Positions 10,656 through 20,097 of a stretch of 64,000 bases of DNA are shown here, one piece after another. The notes beneath the pieces are model-generated. The model did not search any database and had not been told where the DNA came from. It worked only from the letters and a program-made list of their open reading frames with translations. The stretch spans positions 2,656,001 through 2,720,000 of the forward strand of contig OY762069.1 in NCBI GenBank assembly GCA_963665095.1, read 5' to 3'. Position 1 is the stretch's first letter, and each line of letters begins with the position of its first letter. The translations under genes were made by a program, and so were the position numbers. The stretch is from an uncultured Desulfobacter sp. Lineage in GTDB: Bacteria; Desulfobacterota; Desulfobacteria; Desulfobacterales; Desulfobacteraceae.

Positions 10656-11366
10656 TTATGATGGGGTGAAAAAAGGGCTCACAATAAAATAAATACCCAG
10701 GCAGATGATAATTATCCCGGCTGCTTTCCTGAAAACAGAACCGGTATTCTGCCAGGAACTGTTTTCCAGGATGCGGCGAATCAGGGCGGCGGAACTTCCT
10801 GCAATGGCAATGGGAAGACAGTGTCCAAAGCCAAAAAGGGTAATCAGAAAAATGCCTGTAGCCACTTTTGCCTGGACCGTAATAATGGCAAGAATAGGTG
10901 CAATGAACCCAAAGGTACACGATCCGGATAACACCCCATAGGCAAGCCCAAGGATAAAGGCACCGGCAAGTCCGCGCACATTCAGCCGATACAAAAGACT
11001 GCCGGATATGGAACAAGACGCCACCCCGAGCATCCCCATTGCCACCCAGATCAGGATGGCCCCGATGATGATCTGGAACCAGGGTCCCACATCCCCCATC
11101 ATCCTGCCCAGCATGGCACATGCAATGCCGATCAGGGCAATGGTGATAAAGAGCCCTAAGGTAAAAAGAACAGAGTAAATGCCTGCCTGACGCGGAGTTA
11201 CCATCTTCTGCTGGCCTCCCACGTATCCGACAATAAGGGGGATGGACGCCATATGGCAGGGGCTGAAAAGAACACTTACCATCCCCCATATGAAGCATCC
11301 TGCAGCCGCAACCGCCAGTCCGCCGGTCATCCATTGATTAATCGTTAAATAAAATTGTCCCAGCAT
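10656..11366 (-). CDS. ccdA: CcdA / DsbD-beta family membrane electron transporter
   Basis: FSPCH and GSCT cysteine pair in a multi-TM protein. Confidence 0.85.
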   Translation of the reverse strand: MLGQFYLTINQWMTGGLAVAAAGCFIWGMVSVLFSPCHMASIPLIVGYVGGQQKMVTPRQAGIYSVLFTLGLFITIALIGIACAMLGRMMGDVGPWFQIIIGAILIWVAMGMLGVASCSISGSLLYRLNVRGLAGAFILGLAYGVLSGSCTFGFIAPILAIITVQAKVATGIFLITLFGFGHCLPIAIAGSSAALIRRILENSSWQNTGSVFRKAAGIIIICLGIYFIVSPFFTPS

Positions 11367-11419
11367 TAATTATTCTCCCGATCATCTTCTATCGTTCCGG
11401 TCAGAATTTTGTGATGACG

Positions 11420-12007
11420 TTATTCCTGTAAAGAACGGTCCAGTACCATCAACAGAAATTGTCCTAAATTTTGTTCCCATTTATCACCGCTGCTGTTGAT
11501 AAAATCATACATGCGGCTCTTTCTCATCTTGGCCCAGGCCAAGGCAAGTGGATCTGAGCGCTCTATTGCATGTGCGTCCGAGGGGGTAAGTTGAATTTCA
11601 GGATTCCATTGGTCCAAGGTCTGGTGAGTTATCAGATGATTAAATCCGGTTTTAAGTTTTATGGAAGACCCGTCCCGAACAGCGTTGATTGCGACCATGT
11701 GCTGGTAGACAGAAATAACCAGCTCATAGCCGTCATCACCATCTTTCTCAGATCCGGTCTTTTTAATTCCGTCCAGATCAATTTTAACTGTTTTTTCCTT
11801 GATGTTCGTTAATTTTGAAATTAGATTTTTCCCTGTTTCTCCTATCAGATTCCTGGACTCTTCAGAATCATACGATATGACCACCGGACATACGTCGCAG
11901 TCAGGGTTAAGAGGTTTTACCTTTTCTGCAGCAGCAAAGTGGGGGCAACTGAGCAGCAAAAACAGGCAGGTAAAATTCCAAAGTTTTAAAATATCGCACA
12001 GCCGCAC
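11420..12007 (-). CDS. Hypothetical exported protein with CxxC motif
   Basis: GTG start 6 nt after AAGGAG; signal peptide; CDVC motif. Confidence 0.65.
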   Translation of the reverse strand: MRLCDILKLWNFTCLFLLLSCPHFAAAEKVKPLNPDCDVCPVVISYDSEESRNLIGETGKNLISKLTNIKEKTVKIDLDGIKKTGSEKDGDDGYELVISVYQHMVAINAVRDGSSIKLKTGFNHLITHQTLDQWNPEIQLTPSDAHAIERSDPLALAWAKMRKSRMYDFINSSGDKWEQNLGQFLLMVLDRSLQE

Positions 12008-12237
12008 ATTGATCTCCTTTCAAAAAGAGTTTTCTGGATAAGGCGTGCAATCCCTCCCGATTTTGAACAGCAGCCAACAGGAGTGATGTTCCCTGTAATG
12101 TCTCCAGAATAAATGATAACCGCATCAGGGGGCGTTTCATCAGATGCAGCAGATACGTGCAAAGGGAAATACAAAACTATAATCGTTACCAAGCTGCACA
12201 ACCAGACAATTTTCATGAAATACGTCCACCCGCTCAA
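11986..12237 (-). CDS. Small exported protein resembling the N-terminus of UshA-like (seleno)proteins
   Basis: Signal peptide, then VIIYSGDITGNITPVGCCSKSGGIAR. Confidence 0.5.
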   Translation of the reverse strand: MSGWTYFMKIVWLCSLVTIIVLYFPLHVSAASDETPPDAVIIYSGDITGNITPVGCCSKSGGIARLIQKTLFERRSMCGCAIF

Positions 12238-12272
12238 GCATTAATCGGCAAAAAACAGACAACTGTCGTTCT

Positions 12273-12656
12273 TTAAAGGGTCGGAGCTGCTACCCCCATT
12301 TCGGTCAGACGCTCAACAATATTTTTTTCATCCAGAAATCCTTCATGGCGCCAGACTTCTTCTCCGTTTTCGTTAAAAAATATCTGGGTAGGAATGGCCC
12401 TTATACCGAATCTTGGTGCCTGGTCCCGATTTTCCCAGACATCTATGAAAACAATGTGTGCTTTGTTTTCATAGGCTTTTTCAAGTTTTTCCATAATCGG
12501 AGCCATCATCTTGCATGGAATGCACTTTTTAGCCCCAAGGTCTACCAGGGTGACCTTTCCTTTTTCTGGAACCGAAGAAAAATCCTGGGCACAGGCAAGG
12601 GATATTGAAAGAAACATTGATAGTATAACCGCCAGACCATACACTTTTTTCGTCAT
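12273..12656 (-). CDS. Periplasmic thioredoxin family protein
   Basis: Signal peptide, CIPC active site, cis-Pro motif AIPTQIFF. Confidence 0.9.
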   Translation of the reverse strand: MTKKVYGLAVILSMFLSISLACAQDFSSVPEKGKVTLVDLGAKKCIPCKMMAPIMEKLEKAYENKAHIVFIDVWENRDQAPRFGIRAIPTQIFFNENGEEVWRHEGFLDEKNIVERLTEMGVAAPTL

Positions 12657-12660
12657 TGTT

Positions 12661-13026
12661 TTATCCTTTTCTTATTTCTGTTTTAACGACTTCAAGGTCG
12701 GCAGAATTCAGGTTAAAGTCCTTGTTTTTTTCAATACCCAGATCTGTGATCACTGTGTAGTTGCCGCACTCAATTCCATTTTTTTCAAGTGTTGCCCTGG
12801 CGCATCCTAACTGGCATCCATCAATGACCACCAGCTTTTCAACCACCTTTGCGGACTGGACAAAGCCGCTGAGCTGACCGCCGATACCGGCCAGGCAGAA
12901 CATTTTGCCAAAGCCTTCCTTTGTCAGGTCTATGGCGGCCTGGTTGGAAAGCTGCCCCACACTGGAGCCTCCGGAACAGGCAAGTATCATGGTGTTGTTA
13001 TTTGAACAGCAGCAATCTTCGGACAT
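12661..13026 (-). CDS. DGC-domain putative zinc-binding protein
   Basis: ACSGGSSVGQ, MFCLAGIG and IDGCQLGC motifs. Confidence 0.88.
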   Translation of the reverse strand: MSEDCCCSNNNTMILACSGGSSVGQLSNQAAIDLTKEGFGKMFCLAGIGGQLSGFVQSAKVVEKLVVIDGCQLGCARATLEKNGIECGNYTVITDLGIEKNKDFNLNSADLEVVKTEIRKG

Positions 13027-13155
13027 TATTTCTTCCTTTTATTTTCAATGAAAAAATTTTTTGGTGTTTTGCCGTGGGCCGGACCCGGGATGAAGAACGA
13101 TCCGGCCCACGCCCGCAAAGTTTTTTTGGATACCAGGGCAAAAAAAAAGACCGTC

Positions 13156-13389
13156 CTATTTGGTAATCCACGCCTTTATATCTTCTTTTTTAGGCACCTT
13201 GCCGGTACACTTCACCTCCCCGTCAACGATAACCGAAGGCGTACCAAAAACACCGTAGGATGCAATCTGCAGCATATCCGTCACCTTCTCCACGCTGGCG
13301 TCCACACCGGCTTCGTCCACCACTTCCTTAACCAGTTTTTCTGTTTTTTTGCATTTGGCGCATCCAGGCCCCAATACTTTAATTTCCAT
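13156..13389 (-). CDS. Small redox-active disulfide protein (MTH895/thioredoxin-like)
   Basis: MEIKVLGPGCAKC...YGVFGTPSVIVDG; ATG at 13389. Confidence 0.9.
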   Translation of the reverse strand: MEIKVLGPGCAKCKKTEKLVKEVVDEAGVDASVEKVTDMLQIASYGVFGTPSVIVDGEVKCTGKVPKKEDIKAWITK

Positions 13390-13482
13390 GTTAAGCTTCC
13401 TTTCATCAAATATTATAAGGGAAGACGCTGTCTCACAGTAAATATGCTGGCTAAACAAAAGATTATCGTGAGATGGCTTCTA

Positions 13483-14550
13483 TTATAAAATCGTATTAAA
13501 CAAATACCCCACAAACAAAATACCGCAGGCCACAACGCCGACAAACACGGCGATCAACCTGGGTTTCAACACCTTTCTCAAGATCACCATCTCCGGCAGG
13601 GACAAGGCAATAACACTCATCATAAACGCCAAAACCGATCCCAGAGCCGCCCCTTTGCCCAACAGCGCCTCGACCACAGGGATAATGCCGGCTGCATTGG
13701 AGTACATGGGTACGCCAATGACCACGGACAAAGGAACCGACCACCAGGTGCCCTTACCCATGATAGCGGCCATCATGCCTTCCGGAACAAAGCCATGGAT
13801 TCCGGCGCCCACGGCAATGCCGAGAATCACATAGATCCAGACCCTGCCGATAATCTCTTTCACGGCATCCCAGCCATAAATAAACCGGTCATTCCAGGTC
13901 AGTTTCTCCTCCTCTATTTCAGCCGCAGCAATATTGGCCTGGGTCACCCAGTCCTCAATGTGATTTTCCAGTTTCAGGCGCCCGATCACCCAGCCGGCAG
14001 TAATGGCAATAAAAAGACCGGTACCCATATATATGGCCGCCACCTTCCATCCCAAAAGCCCGTACAAAAGCCCCACGGCGATTTCGTTGACCATGGGAGC
14101 GGCAATGAGAAAGGAAAATGTAACCCCGAGGGGCACTCCTGCGGTGACAAAGCCGATGAAAAGCGGCACAGCCGAACAGGAGCAAAAGGGGGTGACGATT
14201 CCCAGAAGCGCTGCAAAAATATTGCCTGCAAATTCACTTTTCCCGGAAAGAAAGGCACGGGTTTTTTCCGGGGTGAAAAAACTGCGAAGCACGCCCACGC
14301 CAAAGACCACCAGGAATAGCAGCATCATGACTTTGGGGGTGTCGTAAAGAAAAAATTCTATGGAAGCGCCTAAGTGTGAGCCCTGGCTGATATGTAAAAG
14401 GCTGTAGGTCAGCCACTTGGAAACGTCGGGCAGCTGCCGGTAGACCAGCCACCATACCACAACACCTGCGGCCCCCATGAGCATATTAAGCATAAATACT
14501 GACTTGTTTTTCCGGCCATCCAAACCGGTTTGGACTGTATTGGAATCCAT
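13483..14550 (-). CDS. ArsP/DUF318 family permease
   Basis: TPFCSCSAVPLF and GVPMYSNAAG motifs; RBS GAGGTG before ATG at 14550. Confidence 0.88.
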   Translation of the reverse strand: MDSNTVQTGLDGRKNKSVFMLNMLMGAAGVVVWWLVYRQLPDVSKWLTYSLLHISQGSHLGASIEFFLYDTPKVMMLLFLVVFGVGVLRSFFTPEKTRAFLSGKSEFAGNIFAALLGIVTPFCSCSAVPLFIGFVTAGVPLGVTFSFLIAAPMVNEIAVGLLYGLLGWKVAAIYMGTGLFIAITAGWVIGRLKLENHIEDWVTQANIAAAEIEEEKLTWNDRFIYGWDAVKEIIGRVWIYVILGIAVGAGIHGFVPEGMMAAIMGKGTWWSVPLSVVIGVPMYSNAAGIIPVVEALLGKGAALGSVLAFMMSVIALSLPEMVILRKVLKPRLIAVFVGVVACGILFVGYLFNTIL

Positions 14551-14608
14551 AATCACCTCTTTCTTATATATGGAGATTTAACGATATATAACATCTATTT
14601 TTACCTTT

Positions 14609-14962
14609 TCAATTTTTGCCGACAATATCGTGCCGGTCAATGCGTGGTAAAATCGCGGTCAACTCTTTAACCTCTTGCTCTTCCTCAAGCCAGTACTTCA
14701 GATTCCCGATCATATTGGCGGCGTACGGGGATGCACTGCCGTCGGAAAGACCGTAGTTCACCCACAATCCATCCTTAAAGCTTGTGACCAGATCCGCGTC
14801 TTCCAGAATCTTCAAATGCTTGCTTGCCGTGGACTGGGCAATCCCCAACGCGGTCTGTATCTCACAGACGCACATGGGCTTTCGTTGCAGCATTTTCATC
14901 ATTTTTACCCGGTTAGGATCGGATAACGCTTTCATGACCCTGATAAAAGCTTTCATAATCAT
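14609..14962 (-). CDS. ArsR/SmtB family transcriptional repressor
   Basis: KALSDPNR, MCVCE and QSTASKHLKIL motifs. Confidence 0.92.
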   Translation of the reverse strand: MIMKAFIRVMKALSDPNRVKMMKMLQRKPMCVCEIQTALGIAQSTASKHLKILEDADLVTSFKDGLWVNYGLSDGSASPYAANMIGNLKYWLEEEQEVKELTAILPRIDRHDIVGKN

Positions 14963-15133
14963 ATTCCCGTATTGTTTTGTCCGGTCTTCAGCCTAAAAGC
15001 AGTTTATAAATCGTTAAAAAGGAATATAGCGATTCATAAACGTATTGTCAATAAATCAAAAATTTATTATATCGTTTTCATTGATATGTATTGAATTAGA
15101 TAAAATGTGTGACCAACATCAGGAAATAAACAA

Positions 15134-16528
15134 TTGCAGGAGCCAACGCAAACAGCACCATCCGCAGAAAAAATCATTCTGAAAATTTTTAACAAATGCG
15201 CAGGAGCCTGCGGATGTGACGTTTGCAGGCTGCATATGGAAGAGGATTGCCTGTTCTTCCCGGAACTGTACAGACTGAGTGATGAAGTCCTGGAAAAAGG
15301 GGAAACGCTTGATCAAAAGAGCCTGGCCCGTTTGCTTGACCTATGCACCCTCTGCGGATTATGTCCCTGCCCGGATGTCAGGATGCTGATCCTTGCAGCC
15401 AAGGCAGCCATGACCAGGCAAAAAGGAAGATCCCTGTCTGACGGGGTTCTTTCCGATTTACAACGGCTTGGGCAATTGGGAGGCCGGTTTAAAAAAGCCG
15501 CAAGTTTTCTCAAACATGGCAACATCCCATCAGCCTTTTTAAAAAAAGCACTGAAGATCCACGATGAAAGAGCGTTGCCCCATATGCCGGAACAAGATTT
15601 CTTTTCCTGGCATAAAAAGAGACGTCCTGATTCTTTAGCAAGGCTGCTGCCCGGGCAGGCGTCAGGGAAAGTGGTCTATTTTGCCGGATGCAGCGCCGGC
15701 TATTTTTTCCCTGAGGTGGCAAGGTCTGCTGTTCAACTGCTTGAAAATGCCGGCAAGAACGTGGAGGTTCCCGAGCAGAACTGCTGCAGCATGCCGCTGC
15801 TGATGGAGGGATGCAGACAAAAAGCACTGGAGAAAATCAAGGCCAATGTCTTCGAACTTGTCAAGGCGGTAAGAAACGGATATGCCTTTGTCTCCTCCTG
15901 TCCTACTTGCGTCTATTTTTTCAAAAAAGTGCTTCTGGAAAATGCCTATTTTTCCCCAAAAGCCCAGGAAGCCCTGAACGCCGGCAACAACCAGATGAAG
16001 GTCCCGTCGGTATCTGACAAGTTTTTATCCCTGCCCAAAAGCATATATGGCAAAATTTTACAGGATGACGGATACTTCTCATCCATTGACCCGCTTGATA
16101 GAATAGACCTTTCCAATGCGGTTATGGATCTTGGCCAGTACCTGTTATCCCTTCAGAAAGAGGCCCGGTTCGCCGTCGAACTGAACGGTACCTCAACGCC
16201 GCTAATCTACTTTGCCCCGTGCCATCAAAGAGAGCTTGACATCGGGCAACCCTATTTTAAAATTTTTTCATCCATTCCGGGAACTGATATAAAACAGGTG
16301 GGAGGTTCACTTGACTGCTGCGGCATGGCCGGCCACCTGGGGTATAAAAAATCATTCCATGACGCATCCCGGAAAATTGGCCGCCCATTGTTCAAAAAAC
16401 TTGCAACTGAAAAACACTGCACCCTGATAACGGACTGTTTAAGCTGCAGGATGCAGTTTGCCCATGAACTACCCATGGAAATATATCACCCTGTCCAGTT
16501 GCTGCAGATACGACATTCTTCTCTTTAG
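15134..16528 (+). CDS. GlpC/HdrD-like Fe-S oxidoreductase with CCG domains
   Basis: CGCDVC and CTLCGLCPC Fe-S motifs; two CCG-type domains (NCCSMP, DCCGMAG). Confidence 0.85.
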   Translation: MQEPTQTAPSAEKIILKIFNKCAGACGCDVCRLHMEEDCLFFPELYRLSDEVLEKGETLDQKSLARLLDLCTLCGLCPCPDVRMLILAAKAAMTRQKGRSLSDGVLSDLQRLGQLGGRFKKAASFLKHGNIPSAFLKKALKIHDERALPHMPEQDFFSWHKKRRPDSLARLLPGQASGKVVYFAGCSAGYFFPEVARSAVQLLENAGKNVEVPEQNCCSMPLLMEGCRQKALEKIKANVFELVKAVRNGYAFVSSCPTCVYFFKKVLLENAYFSPKAQEALNAGNNQMKVPSVSDKFLSLPKSIYGKILQDDGYFSSIDPLDRIDLSNAVMDLGQYLLSLQKEARFAVELNGTSTPLIYFAPCHQRELDIGQPYFKIFSSIPGTDIKQVGGSLDCCGMAGHLGYKKSFHDASRKIGRPLFKKLATEKHCTLITDCLSCRMQFAHELPMEIYHPVQLLQIRHSSL

Positions 16529-16542
16529 TATCTGTCGGGTGA

Positions 16543-17697
16543 TCATATGGTAATGTCATATCCTGAAAACAAATAGGCATCCCAGCTTCCACCGGACGGC
16601 CGGATCAGCCAGAAAATACTATACTGGCCTGACATCAGTGTATATGAGTTCGGGCTGGTGAAGGTGGCGGTCACATTGCCCGTGGAATTGGACAGATACG
16701 GGGTCAGGGTATCCGTCAGGCTGCCGCTTGAATCAGGATAATACACATTCCCTTCCGGCGTGACAATCATGATATACAGATCAAAAGCCGATTCATACTG
16801 CCCTATATTTAATGAAAACCTGACCCAACCCGATGCATCCGACACCTGGACCGGTGCGGCCAGAATATCTGATTCCGAGGTCAGCCGGTTAAATGTCGGT
16901 GATGTAGGCAGGGTGAGTATCATGGGGGCAGGTTCAAGAACGATATTTAATTCGGTGCGCTGGGCTTCGTCCACGTCTATGACCGTGGAATAATCCGAGT
17001 ATCCGCTTTTTGTGGCGTAAAGGGTAAACTGTCCGGCCGGGCATTGAAGGAAATAAAATCCGTCTGATTCGGAAACCGTTGCGGAAAAGTCATTCTCAAT
17101 TCGGATGGCGACCCCTTCAACAGGTGCGCCTCCGGAACTGTCCGTGATGATACCATCCACGGTTCCTGAAAAAGGGGCCACGGGAAAATAGATGGACAGG
17201 CTGTATCCGGTATTTTCACCATAGTTTGAGGAATCCTTGTTTTTAATCCTGACATAATAGGTACCGTCGTTATCAGGCCGGAAGGACATGAGATTCACCC
17301 CGGAGGAAAGCGTAAACTGCTGCTCTGCGAGCTGGGTGGTTTTATCGGAGTCAAACAGGGTGATAACAGTTTCGCAGTTTTCTTCAGGGTTATAGGTCTT
17401 GATCTCCAGCGCATCGAAATCCTGCATGGTGCTGAAGCGGACCCAGTCTTCATCCCCGCTGTCATGAAAGCCATGGGACTGAAGGGTTGTGGAGAAAAGA
17501 TAATAGACCGATGACGTATCCACCGTATCATCGTCCTCATAACTGTCCGGCATGCCCTGGGACCAGGCCGATGAAGCAGCCAGCACAGCAAAAAGAAAAA
17601 AGAGTCCAAGTATTTTCCGGCATTCTATTTTTGACCCGTATTCTATTTTTGATTCGATCATTTCAGCCATATTCTTAACCCGCCTTGTTGATACCAT
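16543..17697 (-). CDS. Exported protein: pre-peptidase (PPC)-like domain, carboxypeptidase-regulatory-like domain and C-terminal beta domain
   Basis: Signal peptide; DSYEDDD/GDEDWVRF/GTYYVRI; GIITDSSGGAPVEGV...DGFYFL; start uncertain. Confidence 0.75.
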   Translation of the reverse strand: MVSTRRVKNMAEMIESKIEYGSKIECRKILGLFFLFAVLAASSAWSQGMPDSYEDDDTVDTSSVYYLFSTTLQSHGFHDSGDEDWVRFSTMQDFDALEIKTYNPEENCETVITLFDSDKTTQLAEQQFTLSSGVNLMSFRPDNDGTYYVRIKNKDSSNYGENTGYSLSIYFPVAPFSGTVDGIITDSSGGAPVEGVAIRIENDFSATVSESDGFYFLQCPAGQFTLYATKSGYSDYSTVIDVDEAQRTELNIVLEPAPMILTLPTSPTFNRLTSESDILAAPVQVSDASGWVRFSLNIGQYESAFDLYIMIVTPEGNVYYPDSSGSLTDTLTPYLSNSTGNVTATFTSPNSYTLMSGQYSIFWLIRPSGGSWDAYLFSGYDITI

Positions 17698-19132
17698 GTA
17701 AATATATAATCAGGGAAAAAAAGATCTGATGTTCCTCCACATCCATGCTTGACGATGAGCCGCCCAGTTCCACTTCACGGACATCATGTCCAAACCGGTA
17801 CTGATAGGAGAGATCAAACACCAGATTTTTATACAGGACCCCGCTTCCCAGCGTGATACCGAAAAAATCATCCGGTGTGCCGTCGCTGGGTTCCGGATCG
17901 TAAAACACGCCGCACCGCAATGGAATCACAGTCTTTTCCAGGATAAACAGATATTCCATGCCAAGCCTCACCTGGGTGGTGGGAGAGATATCGGTATCGC
18001 CTGTTTCCTTTCCGGAGACAGGGCTGATCTTCCGGCCGTCTGAAGTAACAATATAGTAATCCTGCCAATGGGTCCGGTAAATATCAACCCCGAAGCTCAG
18101 GGCATCGCTGAGCCTTGCAGAAAGACCCATTCCGTATGACATGGGCATGTTCATCTTCTCGTCGGACAGGGTAACCGTATTGGTTTGGACAGTATCCTGG
18201 CAGGACGAATAGTAATGGGTATGGGACAGGTCTGCCTCAAATTCTGATTTAAACACACCGCCCAGCGTAAAAATGCGGTTTATATCCCATAAAAAGCCAA
18301 AGTGAAAATTCATGCCGGAAAAATCATACTGATCGGAATGCTCGACCCGGGACAGGAATGATCCGGATGTCCTTTGAACCTCAATCTGTTCTGAATAGTC
18401 CGCCTGCCAGGTATTGTCATGGATGAAATCCTCCCAGAAATTTATCGTGAATCCCAGAGATAAATAAGGAGTCAGCTGGACGGCCCCGGCGGGAGAAAAG
18501 GTAAAAAGGTCCCCCTTTTGGTTCAGCCGGTAAAGATATTTCGAAGAATAGGTTGAATAGTCTCTTGAAAAGGACAGCACCTGTTCCTTGTCGAAATTGA
18601 ACATGTGCTGGTAGTTCAGCGACACGGTGGCATTCCGTTCATAAGCCAGGAACGGATAGGCAAGGCTCAAATAGTTGAGGTTTTTCCCGGAGGTATCAAG
18701 CGAGCCGGATGATTCCGGGAAACTGTCATAACAGGTATCCTCAAAGCGTTTGAAAAAAGCACCGACAAGTGACATTTCCGGTTTTTCAAGCTGGATCAGA
18801 CCACCTGGATTCCAGGATGCAGCGGTGGCATCATCGGCCACGGCAATAAACGCCCCCGCCATCCCGGCAGCCCTTGCGCCGGATCCCACAGGGTTGGGCG
18901 AAGAGGTGATCATGATCCGGTCATCCAGGATCGAAACCGACAGGACAATTCCCGGAAAACCCAGGACCAGGATGCCAGCGAAGACAGCCGCCAGGCAATT
19001 TTCTGCCCAGTTCCTTTTTAATCTGAAATTGACTAAAAAAATGGCTCTTCTCCTGTTTGATCCACATTGATGGAAAATCCGGCAATGGGGATACCGGTAG
19101 GATCTACATTGTCCGTATCCCTTGTCATCCAT
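17675..19132 (-). CDS. OmpP1/FadL (PorV-like) outer-membrane beta-barrel; start uncertain (possibly 19042)
   Basis: GSGARAAGMAGAFIAVADDATAASWNPGGL hatch motif; amphipathic beta strands. Confidence 0.85.
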   Translation of the reverse strand: MDDKGYGQCRSYRYPHCRIFHQCGSNRRRAIFLVNFRLKRNWAENCLAAVFAGILVLGFPGIVLSVSILDDRIMITSSPNPVGSGARAAGMAGAFIAVADDATAASWNPGGLIQLEKPEMSLVGAFFKRFEDTCYDSFPESSGSLDTSGKNLNYLSLAYPFLAYERNATVSLNYQHMFNFDKEQVLSFSRDYSTYSSKYLYRLNQKGDLFTFSPAGAVQLTPYLSLGFTINFWEDFIHDNTWQADYSEQIEVQRTSGSFLSRVEHSDQYDFSGMNFHFGFLWDINRIFTLGGVFKSEFEADLSHTHYYSSCQDTVQTNTVTLSDEKMNMPMSYGMGLSARLSDALSFGVDIYRTHWQDYYIVTSDGRKISPVSGKETGDTDISPTTQVRLGMEYLFILEKTVIPLRCGVFYDPEPSDGTPDDFFGITLGSGVLYKNLVFDLSYQYRFGHDVREVELGGSSSSMDVEEHQIFFSLIIYLHGINKAG

Positions 19133-20097
19133 ACCACCACAACATACCTGCCGGCACTGCTGAAGGTATAATCAATGGCATTTGTCGACACCCATTCGGT
19201 ATCGGTCATCGAAGACCAGTTTGTGCCGTCATATCTGTCTGTTCCGTAGTCCGGATGCATGGAGAACCGGTAATAGACCGTTTCATCTGAATCCGCCAGG
19301 GTGCTGACGGACAACGTTACCGGGCTTTGAACCTCCTGGATACCCGAAATACTGCAGGAGGAAATATCAACACCTGAGCTTTGTGCAACACTTGCACTTT
19401 CCAGAATTTCAATGGAAAAGCCGATAATGGGAATGCCTGTGGCATTTACCCCGATGTGTGTATCTGAAATCCATACCACCACAATATACCTGCCTGCACT
19501 GCTGAAGGCATAATCGATGGCATTTGTCGACACCCATTCGGTATCGGTCATCAAAGACCATTGTGTGCCGTCATATTCGTCGGTTCCGTAGTCCGGATGC
19601 ATGGAGAACCGGTAATTCAGGTCGGAATCGCCGCTGTCCTGTGCGCTGATCGAAAAGGAAACCGGCCTATTGACGACCCGCGTCCCGGATATGCTCAAAC
19701 CGGACATCTTTATCTTGCAAGTGGAGAAAACAACATCACTGCCGTTGACAACGCCGTTGATGCTGAATGCCACCAGCCTGAAATGATAGGAGGCACCCTC
19801 CATCAGCCCGGTAATGGTTTCACTGACAGATACCGCATCCGCTCCAAGTCCGGCACTTTTAAGTTCCGTGGTCTTCCCGTAACCGGTACCGGAGCCATAC
19901 TGAAAGTAGTACATGGTGAGATTGGACCCGGGATTGACTGTCCCGTTCAGTACCGCGCTCTGCCCGGAAACGCCTGAAGTGCTGCCGGTGACAACGACCG
20001 GCACGGATTCGGATGCACTGGAACAGGGTATAAGACAGAAGGCAACGATTACAGAAAAGGTGCACCAGGCAATAAAAGCCAAGAAAAATTTTCTCAT
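19033..20097 (-). CDS. Exported protein: FN3-like domain plus two copies of a conserved ~105-aa Ig-like domain
   Basis: Signal peptide; SAVLNGTVNP...YYFQYG...YHFRLVA; 2x YRFSMHPDYGT..YD...W..MTDTEWVS. Confidence 0.85.
   Translation of the reverse strand: MRKFFLAFIAWCTFSVIVAFCLIPCSSASESVPVVVTGSTSGVSGQSAVLNGTVNPGSNLTMYYFQYGSGTGYGKTTELKSAGLGADAVSVSETITGLMEGASYHFRLVAFSINGVVNGSDVVFSTCKIKMSGLSISGTRVVNRPVSFSISAQDSGDSDLNYRFSMHPDYGTDEYDGTQWSLMTDTEWVSTNAIDYAFSSAGRYIVVVWISDTHIGVNATGIPIIGFSIEILESASVAQSSGVDISSCSISGIQEVQSPVTLSVSTLADSDETVYYRFSMHPDYGTDRYDGTNWSSMTDTEWVSTNAIDYTFSSAGRYVVVVWMTRDTDNVDPTGIPIAGFSINVDQTGEEPFF

Noticed and set aside
10111..11334. 407-aa ORF in the ORF track
   Set aside because: Its first ~230 aa is an alternative frame of ccdA; the real gene starts at 10641 behind an RBS
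8790..14962. In-frame TGA selenocysteine recoding in the ars-linked redox genes
   Set aside because: The redox motifs checked use Cys codons, and no ORF needed TGA read-through
19140..19620. Near-identical DNA repeats as a diversity-generating retroelement TR/VR pair
   Set aside because: Both copies are coding parts of one ORF, differences are not confined to adenines, and no reverse transcriptase is present
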